DNA of 64,000 bases from Macrostomum hystrix (taxonomy: Eukaryota > Animalia > Platyhelminthes): positions 27,156,001 through 27,220,000 of the forward strand of contig CATNEN010000038.1 in assembly GCA_950097015.1 (NCBI GenBank), written 5' to 3'. Numbering within the stretch: the first letter of the stretch is position 1; the number at the start of each line of letters is the position of its first letter. Shown piece by piece: positions 13,146 through 28,100 of this stretch. The translations under genes were made by a program, and so were the position numbers. The notes below the pieces were generated by a model, which had not been told where the DNA came from, made no database searches, and worked only from the letters and a program-made list of their open reading frames with translations.

Positions 13146-16100
13146 TCAAGAAGTTTCGGCCAGCTGAAAGGCTGCATTCGAAGCTCCTGGACTGTTGACC
13201 TCAGCGACTGCGGCTGCTTCTGATTTTCCTTGATCATCCTTCGAATGCATTTCCACTTGAATTTGAAAACAGGGAATGTCTCATTAATGGTTTAAAAATT
13301 TGCTTAATCCAGAACCATCCCAGATCCTCAAACTTTATCCAGCACCCTTCCAGATCCTCACACTGTATCCAACACCCTTCCAGATCCTCACACTGTATCC
13401 AGCACCCTTCCAGATCCTCACACTGTATCCAACACCCTCCCAGATCCTCACACTGTATCCAACACCCTTCCAGATCCTCACACTGTATCCAACACCCTCC
13501 CAGATCCTCACACTGTATCCAGCACCCTTCCAGATCCTCACACTGTATCCAGCACCCTTCCAGATCCTCACACTGTATCCAACACCCTTCCAGATCCTCA
13601 CACTGTATCCAACACCCTTCCAGATCCTCAAACCGTATCCAACACGCTTCCAGATCCTCAAAGTGTATCCAACACCCTCCCAGATCCTCAAACTTTATCC
13701 AACACCCTCGCAGATCCTCAAACTGTATCAAACACCCTCGCAGATCCTCAAACTGTATCCAGCACCCTCGCAGATCCTCAAACTGTATCCAGCACCCTCG
13801 CAGATCCTCAAACTGTATCCAGCACCCTCGCAGATCCTCAAACTGTATCCAGCACCCTCGCAGATCCTCAAACTTTATCTAGCACCCTCGCAGATCCTCA
13901 AACTTTATCCAGCACCCTCGCAGATCCTCAAACTTTATCCACCACCCTCGCAGATCCTCAAACTTTATCCAGCACCCTCGCAGATCCTCAAACTTTATCC
14001 AGCACCCTCGCAGATCCTCAAACTGTATCCAACACCCTCGCAGATCCTCAAACTTTATCCAACACCCTCCCAGATCCTCAAACTGTATCCAGCACCCTCG
14101 CAAATCCTCAAACTGTATCCAGCACCCTCGCAGATCCTCAAACTGTATCCAGCACCCTCGCAGATCCTCAAACTTTATCCAGCACCCTCGCAGATCCTCA
14201 AACTTTATCAAACACCCTCGCAGATCCTCAAACTTTATCAAACACCCTCGCAGTTCCTCAAACTGTATCCAGCACCCTCGCAGATCCTCAAACTGTATCA
14301 AACACCCTCGCAGATCCTCAAACTTTATCCAGCACCCTCGCAGATCCTCAAACTGTATCCAGCACCCTCGCAGATCCTCAAACTGTATCCAGCACCCTCG
14401 CAGATCCTCAAACTGTATCCAGCACCCTAGCAGATCCTCAAACTGTATCCAGCACCCTCGCAGATCCTCAAACTTTATCCAGCACCCTCGCAGATCCTCA
14501 AACTTTATCCAGCACCCTCGCAGATCCTCAAACTTTATCAAACACCCTCGCAGATTCTCAAACTTTATCCAACACCCTCGCAGATCCTTAAACTTTATCC
14601 AACACCCTCGCAGATTATCAAATCATGATTGCACTCCAAAATCAGATAATATGTAGCAGCTTACCTGACACAGCTGGAATATAATTTCGCTTCTCCAAAT
14701 AGCTGGCCATAAATCGATAGATGAAAGCCAACTGGCCCTATTGTAAGGGAGTGTTTAGGTTGTACGGGTCATTCCTCGAAATGACCAAATCTAGCCCTCG
14801 ATTTGACCAAAATCTGGCCCCTAAAATGACCAACTCTTGCCCTAAAATGACCAACTCTAACCCAGAATGACGACAACTGACCGAATCTGAGCCAAATCCA
14901 GAGCTGAATGATGCCCAGCCCTGACACAAAATTTTCTTAGTTAAGAATTCGCATTACTAAAACCCACTCATACTGGAGCCCATTCCTCCTCCCTCACCTT
15001 GGTCTGCACCATAAGCTTGCGGCAGTAGCGCAGTTCCATGACGGTCTCGAAGATGTCGATGCTTCTGGCACGTCGCTGCTCCAGCGAGCGCACGAGAATG
15101 TCCAGCGCGATGAGGGTGCCGGTCCGACCGACTCCGGCGCTGCAGTGGACGAGAATCGGCGGCTCGCTGTCGTCGCGCTTCCTCTGCGGCGCGTAATGGC
15201 GCATGTTGGCGAGGAAGTCGGCCAGGTCATCCACGTTGGGCACGCTGAAATCAGCCCAGCCTGTGTAGTACAACTGCACTACTTGCAACGGCTCCGTCTG
15301 GTTCCTAGAGTGAGTTCAACAGCAGCAAAATTATCGACTAGTCCATTCAACCGCCTGCCTTCCGCCCCTTCATCCACCCTCCCGCCCCTTCATCCATCCT
15401 CCTTCCGCCCCTTCATTCTCCTTTCGCCCCTTCATTCTCCTTCCGCCCCTTCAATCTCCTTCCGCCCCTTCATTCTCCTTCCGCCCCTTCATCCATCGTC
15501 CTTCCGCCCCTTCATCCATCGTCCTTCCGCCCCTTCATCCATCCTCCTTCCGCCCCTTCATTCTCCTTTCGCCCCTTCATTCTCCTTCCGCCCCTTCAAT
15601 CTCCTTCCGCCCCTTCATTCTCCTTCCGCCCCTTCATCCATCGTCCTTCCGCCCCTTCATCCATCGTCCTTCCGCCCCTTCATCCATCCTCCTTCCGCCC
15701 CTTCATCCATCCTCCTGCCCCTTCATCTATCCTCGTTCCGCCCCTTCATCCATCCTCCTTCGCCCTTTCATTCTGCTTCCGCCCCTTCATCCATTCTCCT
15801 TTCGCCCTTATATCCACACTCTTAGTCTCACCTGTCGCTGGAGCACGTGACCAGCAGGTTCCTCACAGTGTAGGTCCCAACCGAGCTCTCGCTCTCCAGC
15901 ACCACTCTGATCTCGTCGTAGATCTCCGATTGGCCAACCTCGGACGGCCAATAGGGCTCCGACTTTTTCTTCAGGCCCTCCTGGCACTGGGTGAGGGTGA
16001 CGATGAGCGCCACCCTGTGCTCGTAGATCATGCGCCAGTGGTCGTCCACTGTGCCCGGCAGAGGACCCTGGCTGGCTATGAACTCGCGCTCGCGATCCAG

Positions 16101-19100
16101 ACCCCTGAGCGGACGAAATGTGTTGAAACTGCTATTGAACCACCGTGCACCATAATTTAAAGACTCACCCTGTTTTCCAGCCAATCGAAAGACCCAGATT
16201 GTTTAAACAAGTTAAAAGCCCAAGCTCAAACGGATATCTAGGCGCCAGCAGTGCTCAAACAGATCTCGAGAAGCAAAGAGTGCTCAAAAGAATCTTGAGA
16301 CCTAAACAGTGCTCAATCAAATCTCGATCAAAATATTCCAAAGATCGCAACACGGTTTAAAACCATCCAAAGACCTGTAGAAGTGCTCAAACCTATCTAA
16401 AGATCTCTAACAGTGCTTAGACGCAACTAGTCTAATAACCTATTCAGTGCTGAAACCATTATTTAGGACCCGCAGCAACAGTCCACCCACTTGATATAAT
16501 TGGCGTTGATATAGTCATCAGGAGAACAAGCCATTCCCTCGTAGCTGGACTCCAGGGTCACCCTGGTGTGGTCGTAGGGCAAGATGTCGGTGTAGCGGTT
16601 CTTGGCGCGATTTCCGTCCTCCATGGCAGCATTGCAGGTCATTGATCGGTTCTGCTCCATGACAGCGCAGGCTTCTCGCAGCTCCTCGAACTGGCGGTGG
16701 ACCTCCAGCTCGCTGTCTTGCAGCATTCTGACCGCGTACTTGCCAAAGTCCTCGATGGCTACGCTGCATCTCTTAAAGTCGCTGTTTATTTTCAGGAAAA
16801 TAATTGAGAAGCGGTTCATTCGTTGTCTAAAACTCTAAAGTATTCACTTGGGGCGCTGCCGCGGAGAGAACTTTTAGGGGCTCGTCTTGTGATGTACACC
16901 CTAAACAGTAGAAAAACCTCTGGGGGGGGTTTTCAAATACCCACATTGTTTCTATCTCCCAAAATGCACTTCTGAGCCGCGGAGAGAAGGCTTGGTGGTT
17001 TGTCGTGCAATTTACACTCTTGAGGGCCAACCTCCAAGGCACAGTGAGAGTGTGCACTGCCTGATAATAAGAACGTCAGGGCAGATGTACACACCTGTGT
17101 GTATGTGCGTGTGTGCTCATGGCTCTTCGTCAACTGTCATCGAACAGTTCAGTTTTCGACAATCGGAATGTCGAAATTCAGCGCAAAAAAATGTTTATGA
17201 AAAACTGAATGAACTCACTGCAGCGGATAGCTGTTCTCATCCAGTCGATCCTGCCAGTGTCCATGCAGCCAGAAGCGTTTAATAAACAGGAAGAAAGTCA
17301 CACCTGCCACTGGAACAGCTAGCAGAGCCAGTAGTGAGATTGTGACAGCTAGAAGCAGCCCGCTCTTTTTGGTGGCGATCTTAAAAAATATTTAAATTAT
17401 TTTTCGTCTATTTCTACTATTCGATTACCGATCGCTGCGCTGTGCCTTACTTTCTATCTTCCCTCGCTGCCTTCTGATTGGTCAGTCCACATAGCCTCTA
17501 GCCTTATTCTCTTACCCCCACCACCCTACCCTCTTAGACCAACCCCTTATGTTCGCTTTCAGTCATAGAGCCCTAGTTGTATCATCCAATATTTTTCAAC
17601 AATTTTTTAAAGCTGAAAGTTCTTTTGTTTAGCTGTAGCCTAAATCCAGTTTTTATCTAAATAGGTAACATATATTCATTAGTAAGTTTGTAAATATATA
17701 CAGTTATGATTTTCCCATTTACATACCTCCAGACTAATAATTTCCGAATTTTGGCCACGATATTCAGCCCACACTTTGACACTATATCGGGTTTCAGAAT
17801 TCAATTCAGAAAATGTCAGCTGACACGAATCCTTCAGATGATGCTCATTGCACGACTGTCGAATCCCATTGTCTAGCTCAGCAAACAGACTGTTTGAAGC
17901 GCTCTGATTGGTCAGTGCTAGAGTTATCTGCTCGCTGGTTGAGGTGCTCCGGTGCTGAGGAGCTAAGGGTGCTGGAAAAAGCAATAGTCAACTTTAGTCT
18001 ATGGTCTAACTGCTTTATCCTAGGATCTACTTAGATAGTAGTTAATCCAGAGATCTAACAGTCAACTTGTTGATCTGACAGCTAACTTGTAGATCTGACA
18101 GCTAACTTGTAGATCTGACAGCTAACTTGTAGATCTGACAGCTAATTTGTAGATCTGACAGCTAACTTGTAGATCTGACAGCTAATTTGTAGATCTGACA
18201 GCTAATTTGTAGATCTGACAGCCAACTTGCAGATCTGACAGCTAACTTGTAGATCTGACAGCCAACTTGCAGATCTGACAGCTAATTTGTAGATCTGACA
18301 GCTAATTTGTAGATCGGACAGCTAATTTGTAGATCTGACAGCTAACTTGTAGATCTGACAGCTAACTTGTAGATCTGACAGCTAGAGCCACATTTTTCCG
18401 GGGCCAATAACACCAGGAAAGATTAAAATTGTAATAACAAAAAAGACATCTATTTGTCTTTTAATTATCGGATTACCTGTGTAAAACTCCTCTTTAAGCG
18501 ATGCAGTTTCACTGTAGACAATTTTGTTTGATTCGTGTTTATCGATTGCGTAAGTGGAAACCGTTACTTTCAGGCTATCAGAATGTCGTTGCTGAAAATG
18601 CCTAAAAATAATTACTGAACACGATTGGTCGAACTCGGTTAGATCAACAGTTTTATTCCAAGATTTGCCAGTAAGTTCGGATTTCATTGCGACAAGCAAG
18701 CCTCTGTAATCATGCCTTGTAGCATTACATTCTTTCGCAATTAGAACCCCAGCGCTGCCGTTTCTAAGGTAGGTCAAATTCAGCTCGTTGTTCTTTAAAT
18801 TGGCTGGTTCTGAAATGACAGCATTGTTTAATCAGATGTTTAATAAACAACATAGACAAAATCGAATAGCAAGTGACAACTCACTTGTCAGCGGCCGAAA
18901 AGTTGTCGGTTCCGAAGCTACATTATTCCTGATGACTGTTACATTAATTTCATATGTTCTGCCTGGCGTTAGCTTAGAAAATGTGACTCTGCTACCGTCT
19001 GTTGTCAGGTTTTGACATTCGACGTTGCCTTCGATGCAAACCTTGTATCTGTCTGAGTCAAAATTCTTCAGACTGACTAGAATGCTTGTGTTGGAAGGGC

Positions 19101-22100
19101 TAATGTTGAACTTTGACTTGTCAACTGGAGACATGCCTGAAAATGTTGATGCACATTGCCAACTCATCTAAGAAACCTCTGGATGAAAAATCTAGACTGG
19201 AAACAACCAGAAAATGCACATTCCCTAAACTGCACATTCCCTAAATGGTACATTCGATAGAATGCACAATTCCCTAAAATTCACATTCCAAAAATGCACA
19301 TTCCTAAAATGCACATTCCCTAAACTGCACATTCCTAAAATGCACATTCCCTAAACTGCACATTCCAAAAATGCACATTCCAAAAATGCACATTTCCTAA
19401 AATGCACATTCCCTAAACTGCACATTCCCTAAATGGTACATTCGATAGAATGCACAATTCCCTAAAATTCACATTCCAAAAATGCGCATTCCTAAAATGC
19501 ACATTCCCTAAACTGCACATTCCTCAAATGCACATTCCCTAAACTGCACATTCCAAAAATGCACATTCCAAAAATGCACATTTCCTAAAATGCACATTCC
19601 CTAAACTGCACATTCCCTAAATGGTACATTCAATAGAATGCACAATTCCCTAAAATTCACATTCCAAAAATGCACATTCCTAAAATGCACATTCCCTAAA
19701 CTGCACATTCCTAAAATGCACATTCCCTAAACTGCACATTCCAAAAATGCACATTCTCTAAACTGCACATTCCTAAAAAGCTAATTCCCTAAAATGCACA
19801 TTCCAAAAATGCACATTCCCTAAAATGCACATTCCCTAAAATGCACATTCCCTAAAATGCACATTCCCTAGAATGCACATTCCAAAAATGCACATTCCAA
19901 AAATGCACATTCCTAAAATGCACATTCCCTAAATGCAGATTCCCTAAACTGCACATTCCCTAAAATGCACATTCCCTAAAATGCACATTCCTAAAATGCA
20001 CATTCCAAAAATGCACATTTCCTAAAATGCACATTCCCTAAAATTCACATTCCCTAAAATGCGCATTCCCTAAAATGCGCATTCCCTAAAATGCACATTC
20101 CCTAAAATTCACATTCCCTAAAATGCACATTCCTAAAATGCACATTCCAAAAATGCACATTTCCTAAAATGCACATTCCCTAAAATTCACATACCCTAAA
20201 ATGCGCATTCCCTAAAATGCGCATTCCCTAAAATGCACATTCCCTAAAATTCACATTCCCTAAAATGCACATTCCCTAAAATTCACATTCCCTAAAATGC
20301 ACATTCCCTAAATGGTACATTCTATAGAATGCACATTCCCTAAATGGTACATTCGATAGAATGCACATTCCCTAAAATGCACATTCCAAAAATGCACATT
20401 CCAAAAATGCACATTCCAAATATGCACATTCCTAAAATGCACATTCCCTAAATGGTACATTCGATAGAATGCACATTCCCTAAATGGTACATTCGATAGA
20501 ATGCACATTCCCTAAAATGCACATACCAAAAATGCACATTCCAAAAATGCACATTCCCTAAACTGCACATTCCTAAAATGCTAATTCCCTAAAATGCACA
20601 TTCCAAAAATGCACATTCCAAAAATGCACATTCCAAAAATGCACATTCCAAAAATGCACATTCCAAAAATGCACATTCCCTAAAATGCACATTCCAAAAA
20701 TGCACATTCCAAAAATGCACATTCCAAAAATGCACATTCCAAAAATGCACATTCCCTAAACTGCACATTCCTAAAATGCTAATTCCCTAAAATGCACATT
20801 CCAAAAATGCACATTCCAAAAATGCACATTCCAAAAATGCACATTCCAAAAATGCACATTCCAAAAATGCACATTCCCTAAAATGCACATTCCAAAAATG
20901 CACATTCCAAAAATGCACATTCCAAAAATGCACATTCCTAAAATGCACATTCCCTAAATGCAGATTCCCTAAACTGCACATTCCCTAAAATGCACATTCC
21001 CTAAAATGCACATTCCTAAAATGCACATTCCAAAAATGCACATTTCCTAAAATTCACATTCCCTAAAATTCACATTCCCTAAAATGCGCATTCCCTAAAA
21101 TGCGCATTCCCTAAAATGCACATTCCCTAAATGGTACATTCTATAGAATGCACATTCCCTAAATGGTACATTCGATAGAATGCACATTCCCTAAAATGCA
21201 CATTCCAAAAATGCACATTCCAAAAATGCACATTCCAAATATGCAAATTCCTAAAATGCACATTCCCTAAATGGTACATTCGATAGAATGCACATTCCCT
21301 AAAATGCACATTCCTAAAAAGCACATTCCAAAAATGCACATTCCTAAAATGTACGTTCCCTAAATGGTACATTTAATTTAATGCACATTCCTAAAATGCA
21401 CATTCCTAAATGCAGATTCCCTAAAATGCACATTCCCTAAAATGCACATTCCTAAAATGCACATTCCCTAAATGGTACATTCGATAGAATGCACATTCCC
21501 TAAATGGTACATTCGATAGAATGCACATTCCCTAAATGGTACATTCGATAGAATGCACATTCCCTAAATGGTACATTCGATAGAATGCACATTCCCTAAA
21601 ATGCACATACCAAAAATGCACATTCCAAAAATGCACTTTCCCTAAACTGCACATTCCTAAAATGCTAATTCCCTAGAATGCACATTCCAAAAATGCACAT
21701 TCCTCAAAATGCACATTCCCTAAAATGCACATTCCCTAAAATGCACATTCCCTAAAATGCACATTCCAAAAATGCACATTCCAAAAATGCACATTCCTAA
21801 AATGCACATTCCCTAAATGCAGATTCCCTAAACTGCACATTCCCTAAAATGCACATTCCCTAAAATTCACATTCCCTAAAATGCGCATTCCCTAAAATGC
21901 ACATTCCCTAAATGGTACATTCGATAGAATGCACATTCCCTAAATGGTACATTCGATAGAATGCACATTCCCTAAAATGCACATTCCAAAAATGCACATT
22001 CCAAAAATGCACATTCCAAATATGCACATTCCTAAAATGCACATTCCCTAAATGGTACATTCGATAGAATGCACATTCCCTAAAATGCACATTCCTAAAA

Positions 22101-25100
22101 TGCACATTCCAAAAATGCACAATCCTAAAATGTACATTCCCTAAATGGTACATTTAATTTAATGCACATTCCCTAAATTGCTAATTCTCTAAATTGCACT
22201 TTTTTCAAATTTTTCGCATCACATCAAGTGAAACTCCCCACTACGTTAGATACGTTGCGGTGCCTGACGCACATTCCCTATGACGCAGTTTATATTTTAA
22301 GCAAACTTATTCGCAAAATGCTACTGATAGTGCACACTGCTGCTTACCAGTTGAATCACTGAAATTGTAGGCCGCACTATTAGCGTAAGAGTTCTTGCAC
22401 ACAATAATGGATATTGTGTAGCGTTCAGCGGGACTCAAATTACAGCAATAGCCTGACAGACTGGGGCTATCGATGCTAGCAATTCCTGCAATTGTATCAC
22501 TAGACACACTGTAGCATGCGGCATAGTAATAGACTCCTGTAGTATTGGACCCGATAAAGTTGAAGTTTATGCACGAATGGTTTTTGAATGCCACAGTTGC
22601 ACTAGTCACGGGCGAGACGGCTGCAGGGAGTACAGGGTTGAAATACTGTTTTAGAAAAATGTCGATATCAGATTTTAAACATAGTACACAATTGGAGGCG
22701 AGTGGCAGTGCGTTAAACGCGTTTGCCTCTCGCAGCAAGGTCCCTGAGTTCGATTCCGCGGCGAGGTCACATTCATTTGAGGCGCAGCCGCGGTGAGAAG
22801 GCTTGGGGGCTTGTCGTGCAATTTACGCCCTTGAGGGCCAACCTCCAAGGCACAATGAATTGTACACTGCCTGACGATGAGAAAGTCAGGTTGAATGTAC
22901 ACACCTGTGTGCCTGCGTACAGTATCTGTGTGCGTGTGCTCAGGAGTCAGCGAAATGGGCAGAATTGCCTCCTCACTGGCTGCGGGTCTAGTGTCACCAA
23001 ATGATGTGCCATTGCCCGCAGCCCTCCTGCAATTATTATTATTATTATCCTAAGTACACCAATAACAAACTAGAATTCGAATTCGAATTCGACTAATATA
23101 TTAGTCAGTCAAATTCCCAAATCAGTCGAATTCCCAAATCAGTCAAATTCCCAAATCAGTCGAATTCCCAAATCAGTCGAATTCCCAAATTTGTCGAATT
23201 CCCAAATCAGTCTAATTACCAAATCAGTCGAATTCCCAAATCAGTCGAATTCCCAAATCAGTCGAATTAGTGAAATCAGTCGAATTACCAAATCAGTCGA
23301 ATTAGTAAAATCAGTCGAATTCCCTTTTCAGTCGAATTCCCAAATTTGTCGAATTCCCAAATAAGTGAAATTACCAAATCAGTCGAATTCCCAAATCAGT
23401 CGAATTACCAAATCAGTCGAATTCCCAAATCAGTCGAATTCCCAAATCAGTCGAATTCCCAAATCAGTCGAATTCCTAAATCAGTCGAATTAGTGAAATC
23501 AGTCGAATTCCCAAATCAGTCGAATTAGAAAAATCAGTCGAATTCCCAAATCAGTCGAATTCCCAAATTTGTCGAATTCCCAAATCAGTCGAATTCACAA
23601 ATCAGTCGAATCAGTAAAATCAGTCGAATTACCAAATCAGTCGAATTCCCAAATCAGTCGAATTCCCAATTCAGTCGAATTCCCAAATCAGTCGAATTCC
23701 CAAATTTGTCGAATTCCCAAATCAGTCGAATTCCCAAATCAGTCGAATTCCCAAATTTGTCGAATTCCCAAATCAGTCAAATTCCCAATTCAGTCGAATT
23801 CCCAAATCAGTCGAATTACCAAATCAGTCGGATTCCCAAATCAGTCGAATTCCCAAATCAGTCGAATTCCCAAATCAGTCGAATTCCCAAATCAGTCGAA
23901 TTCCCAAATCAGTCGAATTCCCAAATCAGTCGAATTCCCAAATCAGTCGAATTCCCAAATCAGTCGAATTCCCAAATCAGTCGAATTCCCAAATCAGGTC
24001 TTTAAACTCACAGGTTTGATGAGTAGTAGACGTGGCAGTGCTTTCAGCGAACCCAGTCTTGCTAACAGTCACAGACAAGCTGATATTCTTGCCGGATTGC
24101 AGGCCACAGCAGAGTTCATTCAATTTGGTGATGTTCCTGAGTTGAACATTTGCGCATTGCAAATTGTAGGTCACATTGCTAGTGTTAGACTGTAACCAAC
24201 TGGCTTGAAGACAAGTTTCATTGCCGCTATCCACTTTTACCCATAGCACCGGAGCCACCACTGTGTAAAGAAATATTACAAGTGCATATAAATTTGGTGA
24301 AGAGCTAGAGTTTAGCAAGTAAAACATGCTATTTCCGGTTTTTATCAGGTTAACAGGGCAACAGGTAAATACTAACTGATTAACAGGTAGAGCTGGCGAT
24401 ATATCAACAGGTAAATACTAACTGACTAACAGGTAGAGCTGGCGATATATCAACAGGTAAATACTAACTGATTAACAGGTAGAGCTGGCGATATATCAAC
24501 AGGTAAATACTAACTGACTAACAGGTAGAGCTGGCGATATATCAACAGGTAAATACTAACTGACTAACAGGTAGAGCTGGCGATATATCAACAGGTAAAT
24601 ACTAACTGTCTAACAGGTAGAGCTGGCGATATATCAACAGGTAAATACTAACTGACTAACAGGTAGAGCTGGCGATATATCAACAGGTAAATACTAACTG
24701 TCTAACAGGTAGAGCTGGCGATATATCAACAGGTAAATACTAACTGTCTAACAGGTAGAGCTAGAGATATATCAATAGGTAAATACTAACTGTCTAACAG
24801 GTAGAGCTAGAGATATATCAATAGGTAAATACTAACTGTCTAACAGGTAGAGCTGGCGCTATATCAACAGGTAAATACTAACTGTCTAACAGGTAGAGCT
24901 AGAGATACATCAACAGGTAAATACTAACTGTCTAACAGGTAGAGCTGGCGATATATCAACAGGTAAATACTAACTGTCTAACAATTATTACTGTTTTCTC
25001 CAGTACAACCATAACAAATTTGAATTAGAATTGGAATTCGATTAATTCTTAGTCAGTCGAATTCCCAAGTCAGTCGAATTCCCAAATCAGTCGAATTCCC

Positions 25101-28100
25101 AAATCAGTCGAATTCCCAAATCAGTCGAATTCCCAAATCAGTCGAATTCCCAAATCAGTCGAATTCCCAAATAAGTCGAATTACCAAATCAGTCGAATTC
25201 CCAAATCAGTCGAATTCCCAAATCAGTCGAATTCCCAAATCAGTCGAATTCCCAAATCAGTCGAATTCCCAAATCAGTCGAATTCCCAAATCAGTCGAAT
25301 TCCCAAATCAGTCGAATTCCCAAATCAGTCGAATTACCAAATCAGTCGAATTCCCAAATCAGTCGAATTCCCAAATCAGTCGAATTCCCAAATCAGGTCT
25401 TTAAACTCACAGGTTTGATGAGTAGTAGACGTGGCAGTGCTTTCAGCGAACCCAGTCTTGCTAACAGTCACAGACACGCTGATATTCTGGCCGGATGGCA
25501 GGCCACAGCAGAGTTCATTCGATTTGGTGATGTTCCTGAGTTGAACATTTGCGCATTGCAAATTGTAGGTCACATTGCTAGTGTTAGACTGTAACCAACT
25601 GGCTTGAAGACAAGTTTCATTGCCGCTATCCACTTTTACCCATAGCGCCGGAGCCACCACTGTGTAAAGAAATATTACAAGTGCATATATAATTGGTGAA
25701 GAGCTAGAGTTTAGCAAGTAAAACATGCGATTTCCGGTTTTTATCAGGTTAACAGGGCAACAGGTAAATACTAACTGATTAACAGGTAGAGCTGGCGATA
25801 TATCAACAGGTAAATAATAACTGTCTAACAGGTAGAGCTAGAGATACATCAACAGGTAAATACAAACTGTCTAACAGGTAGAGCTGGCGATATATCAACA
25901 GGTAAATACTAACTGTCTAACAGGTAGAGCTGGCGATATATCAACAGGTAAATACTAACTGTCTAACAGGTAGAGCTGGCGATATATCAACAGGTAAATA
26001 CTAACTGTCTAACAGGTAGAGCTGGCGATATATCAACAGGTAAATACTAACTCACTAACAGGTAGAGCTGGCGATATATCAACAGGTAAATACTAACTCA
26101 CTAACAGGTAGAGCTGGCGATATATCAACAGGTAAATACTAACTGTCTAACAATTATTACTGTTTTCTCCAGTACAACCATAACAAATTTGAATTAGAAT
26201 TGGAATTCGATTAATTCTTAGTCAGTCGAATTCCCAAGTCAGTCGAATTCCCAAATCAGTCGTATTCCCAAATCAGTCGAATTCCCAAATCAGTCGAATT
26301 CCCAAATCAGTCGAATTCCCAAATCAGTCGAATTCCCAAATCAGTCGAATTACCAAATCAGTCGACTTCCCAAATTAGTCGAAATCCCAACTCAGTCGAA
26401 TTCCTAAATCAGTCGAATTCCCAAATCAGTCGAATTCCCAAATCAGTCGAATTCCCAAATCAGTCGAATTCCCAAATCAGTCGAATTCCCAAATCAGTCG
26501 AATTCCCAAATCAGTCTAATTCCCAAATCAGTCGAATTCCCAAATCAGTCGAATTACCAAATCAGTCGAATTCCCAAATCAGTCGAATTCCCAAATCAGT
26601 CGAATTCCCAAATCAGTCGAATTCCCAAATCAGTCGACTTCACAAATCAGTCGAATTCCCAAATCAGTCGAATTACCAAATCAGTCGAATTCCCAAATCA
26701 GTCGAATTACCAAATCAGTCGAATTCCCAAATCAGTCGAATTCCCAAATCAGTCGAATTCCCAAATCAGTCGAATTCCCAAATCAGTCGAATTACCAAAT
26801 CAGTCGAATTACCAAATCAGTCGAATTCCCAAATCAGTCGAATTCCCAAATCAGTCGAATTACCAATTCAGTCGAATTCCCAAATCAGTCGAATTCCCAA
26901 ATCAGTCGAATTCCCAAATCAGTCGAATTACCAAATCAGTCGAATTCCCAAATCAGTCGAATTACCAAATCAGTCGAATTCCCAAATCAGTCGAATTCCC
27001 AAATCAGTCGAATTCCCAAATCAGTCGAATTCCCAAATCAGTCGAATTACCAAATCAGTCGAATTACCAAATCAGTCGAATTCCCAAATCAGTCGAATTC
27101 CCAAATCAGTCGAATTACCAATTCAGTCGAATTCCCAAATCAGTCGAATTCCCAAATCAGTCGAATTCCCAAATCAGTCGAATTACCAAATCAGTCGAAT
27201 TCCCAAATCAGTCGAATTACCAAATCAGTCGAATTCCCAAATCAGTCGAATTCCCAAATCAGTCGAATTCCCAAATCAGTCGAATTCCCAAATCAGTCGA
27301 ATTCCCAAATCAGTCGATTTCTTAAATCAGTCGAATTCCCAAATCAGTCGAATTCCCAAATCAGTCGAATTCCCAAATCAGTCGAATTCCCAAATCAGTC
27401 GAATTCCCAAATCAGTCGAATTCCCAAATCAGTCGAATTACCAAATCAGTCGAATTCCCAAATCAGTCGAATTCCCAAATCAGTCGAATTCCCAAATCAG
27501 GTCTTTAAACTCACAGGTTTGATGAGTAGTAGACGTGGCAGTGCTTTCAGCGAACCCAGTCTTGCTAACAGTCACAGACACGCTGATATTCTGGCCGGAT
27601 GGCAGGCCACAGCAGAGTTCATTCGATTTGGTGATGTTCCTGAGTTGAACATTTGCGCATTGCAAATTGTAGGTCACATTGCTAGTGTTAGACTGTAACC
27701 AACTGGCTTGAAGACAAGTTTCATTGCCGCTATCCACTTTTACCCATAGCACCGGAGCCACCACTGTGTAAAGAAATATTACAAGTGCATATAAATTTGG
27801 TGAAGAGCTAGAGTTTAGCAAGTAAAACATGCGATTTCCGGTTTTTATCAGGTTAACAGGGCAACAGGTAAATACTAACTGATTAACAGGTAGAGCTGGC
27901 GATATATCAACAGGTAAATACTAACTGACTAACAGGTAGAGCTGGCGATATATCAACAGGTAAATACTAACTGTCTAACAGGTAGAGCTGGCGATATATC
28001 AACAGGTAAATACTAACTGACTAACAGGTAGAGCTGGCGATATATCAACAGGTAAATACTAACTGTCTAACAGGTAGAGCTAGAGATATATCAATAGGTA

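Noticed and set aside
22694-22770. Possible tRNA gene
   Set aside because: Has A/B boxes but continues into a repeated body with a (TTA)n tail, so it is better explained as a SINE.
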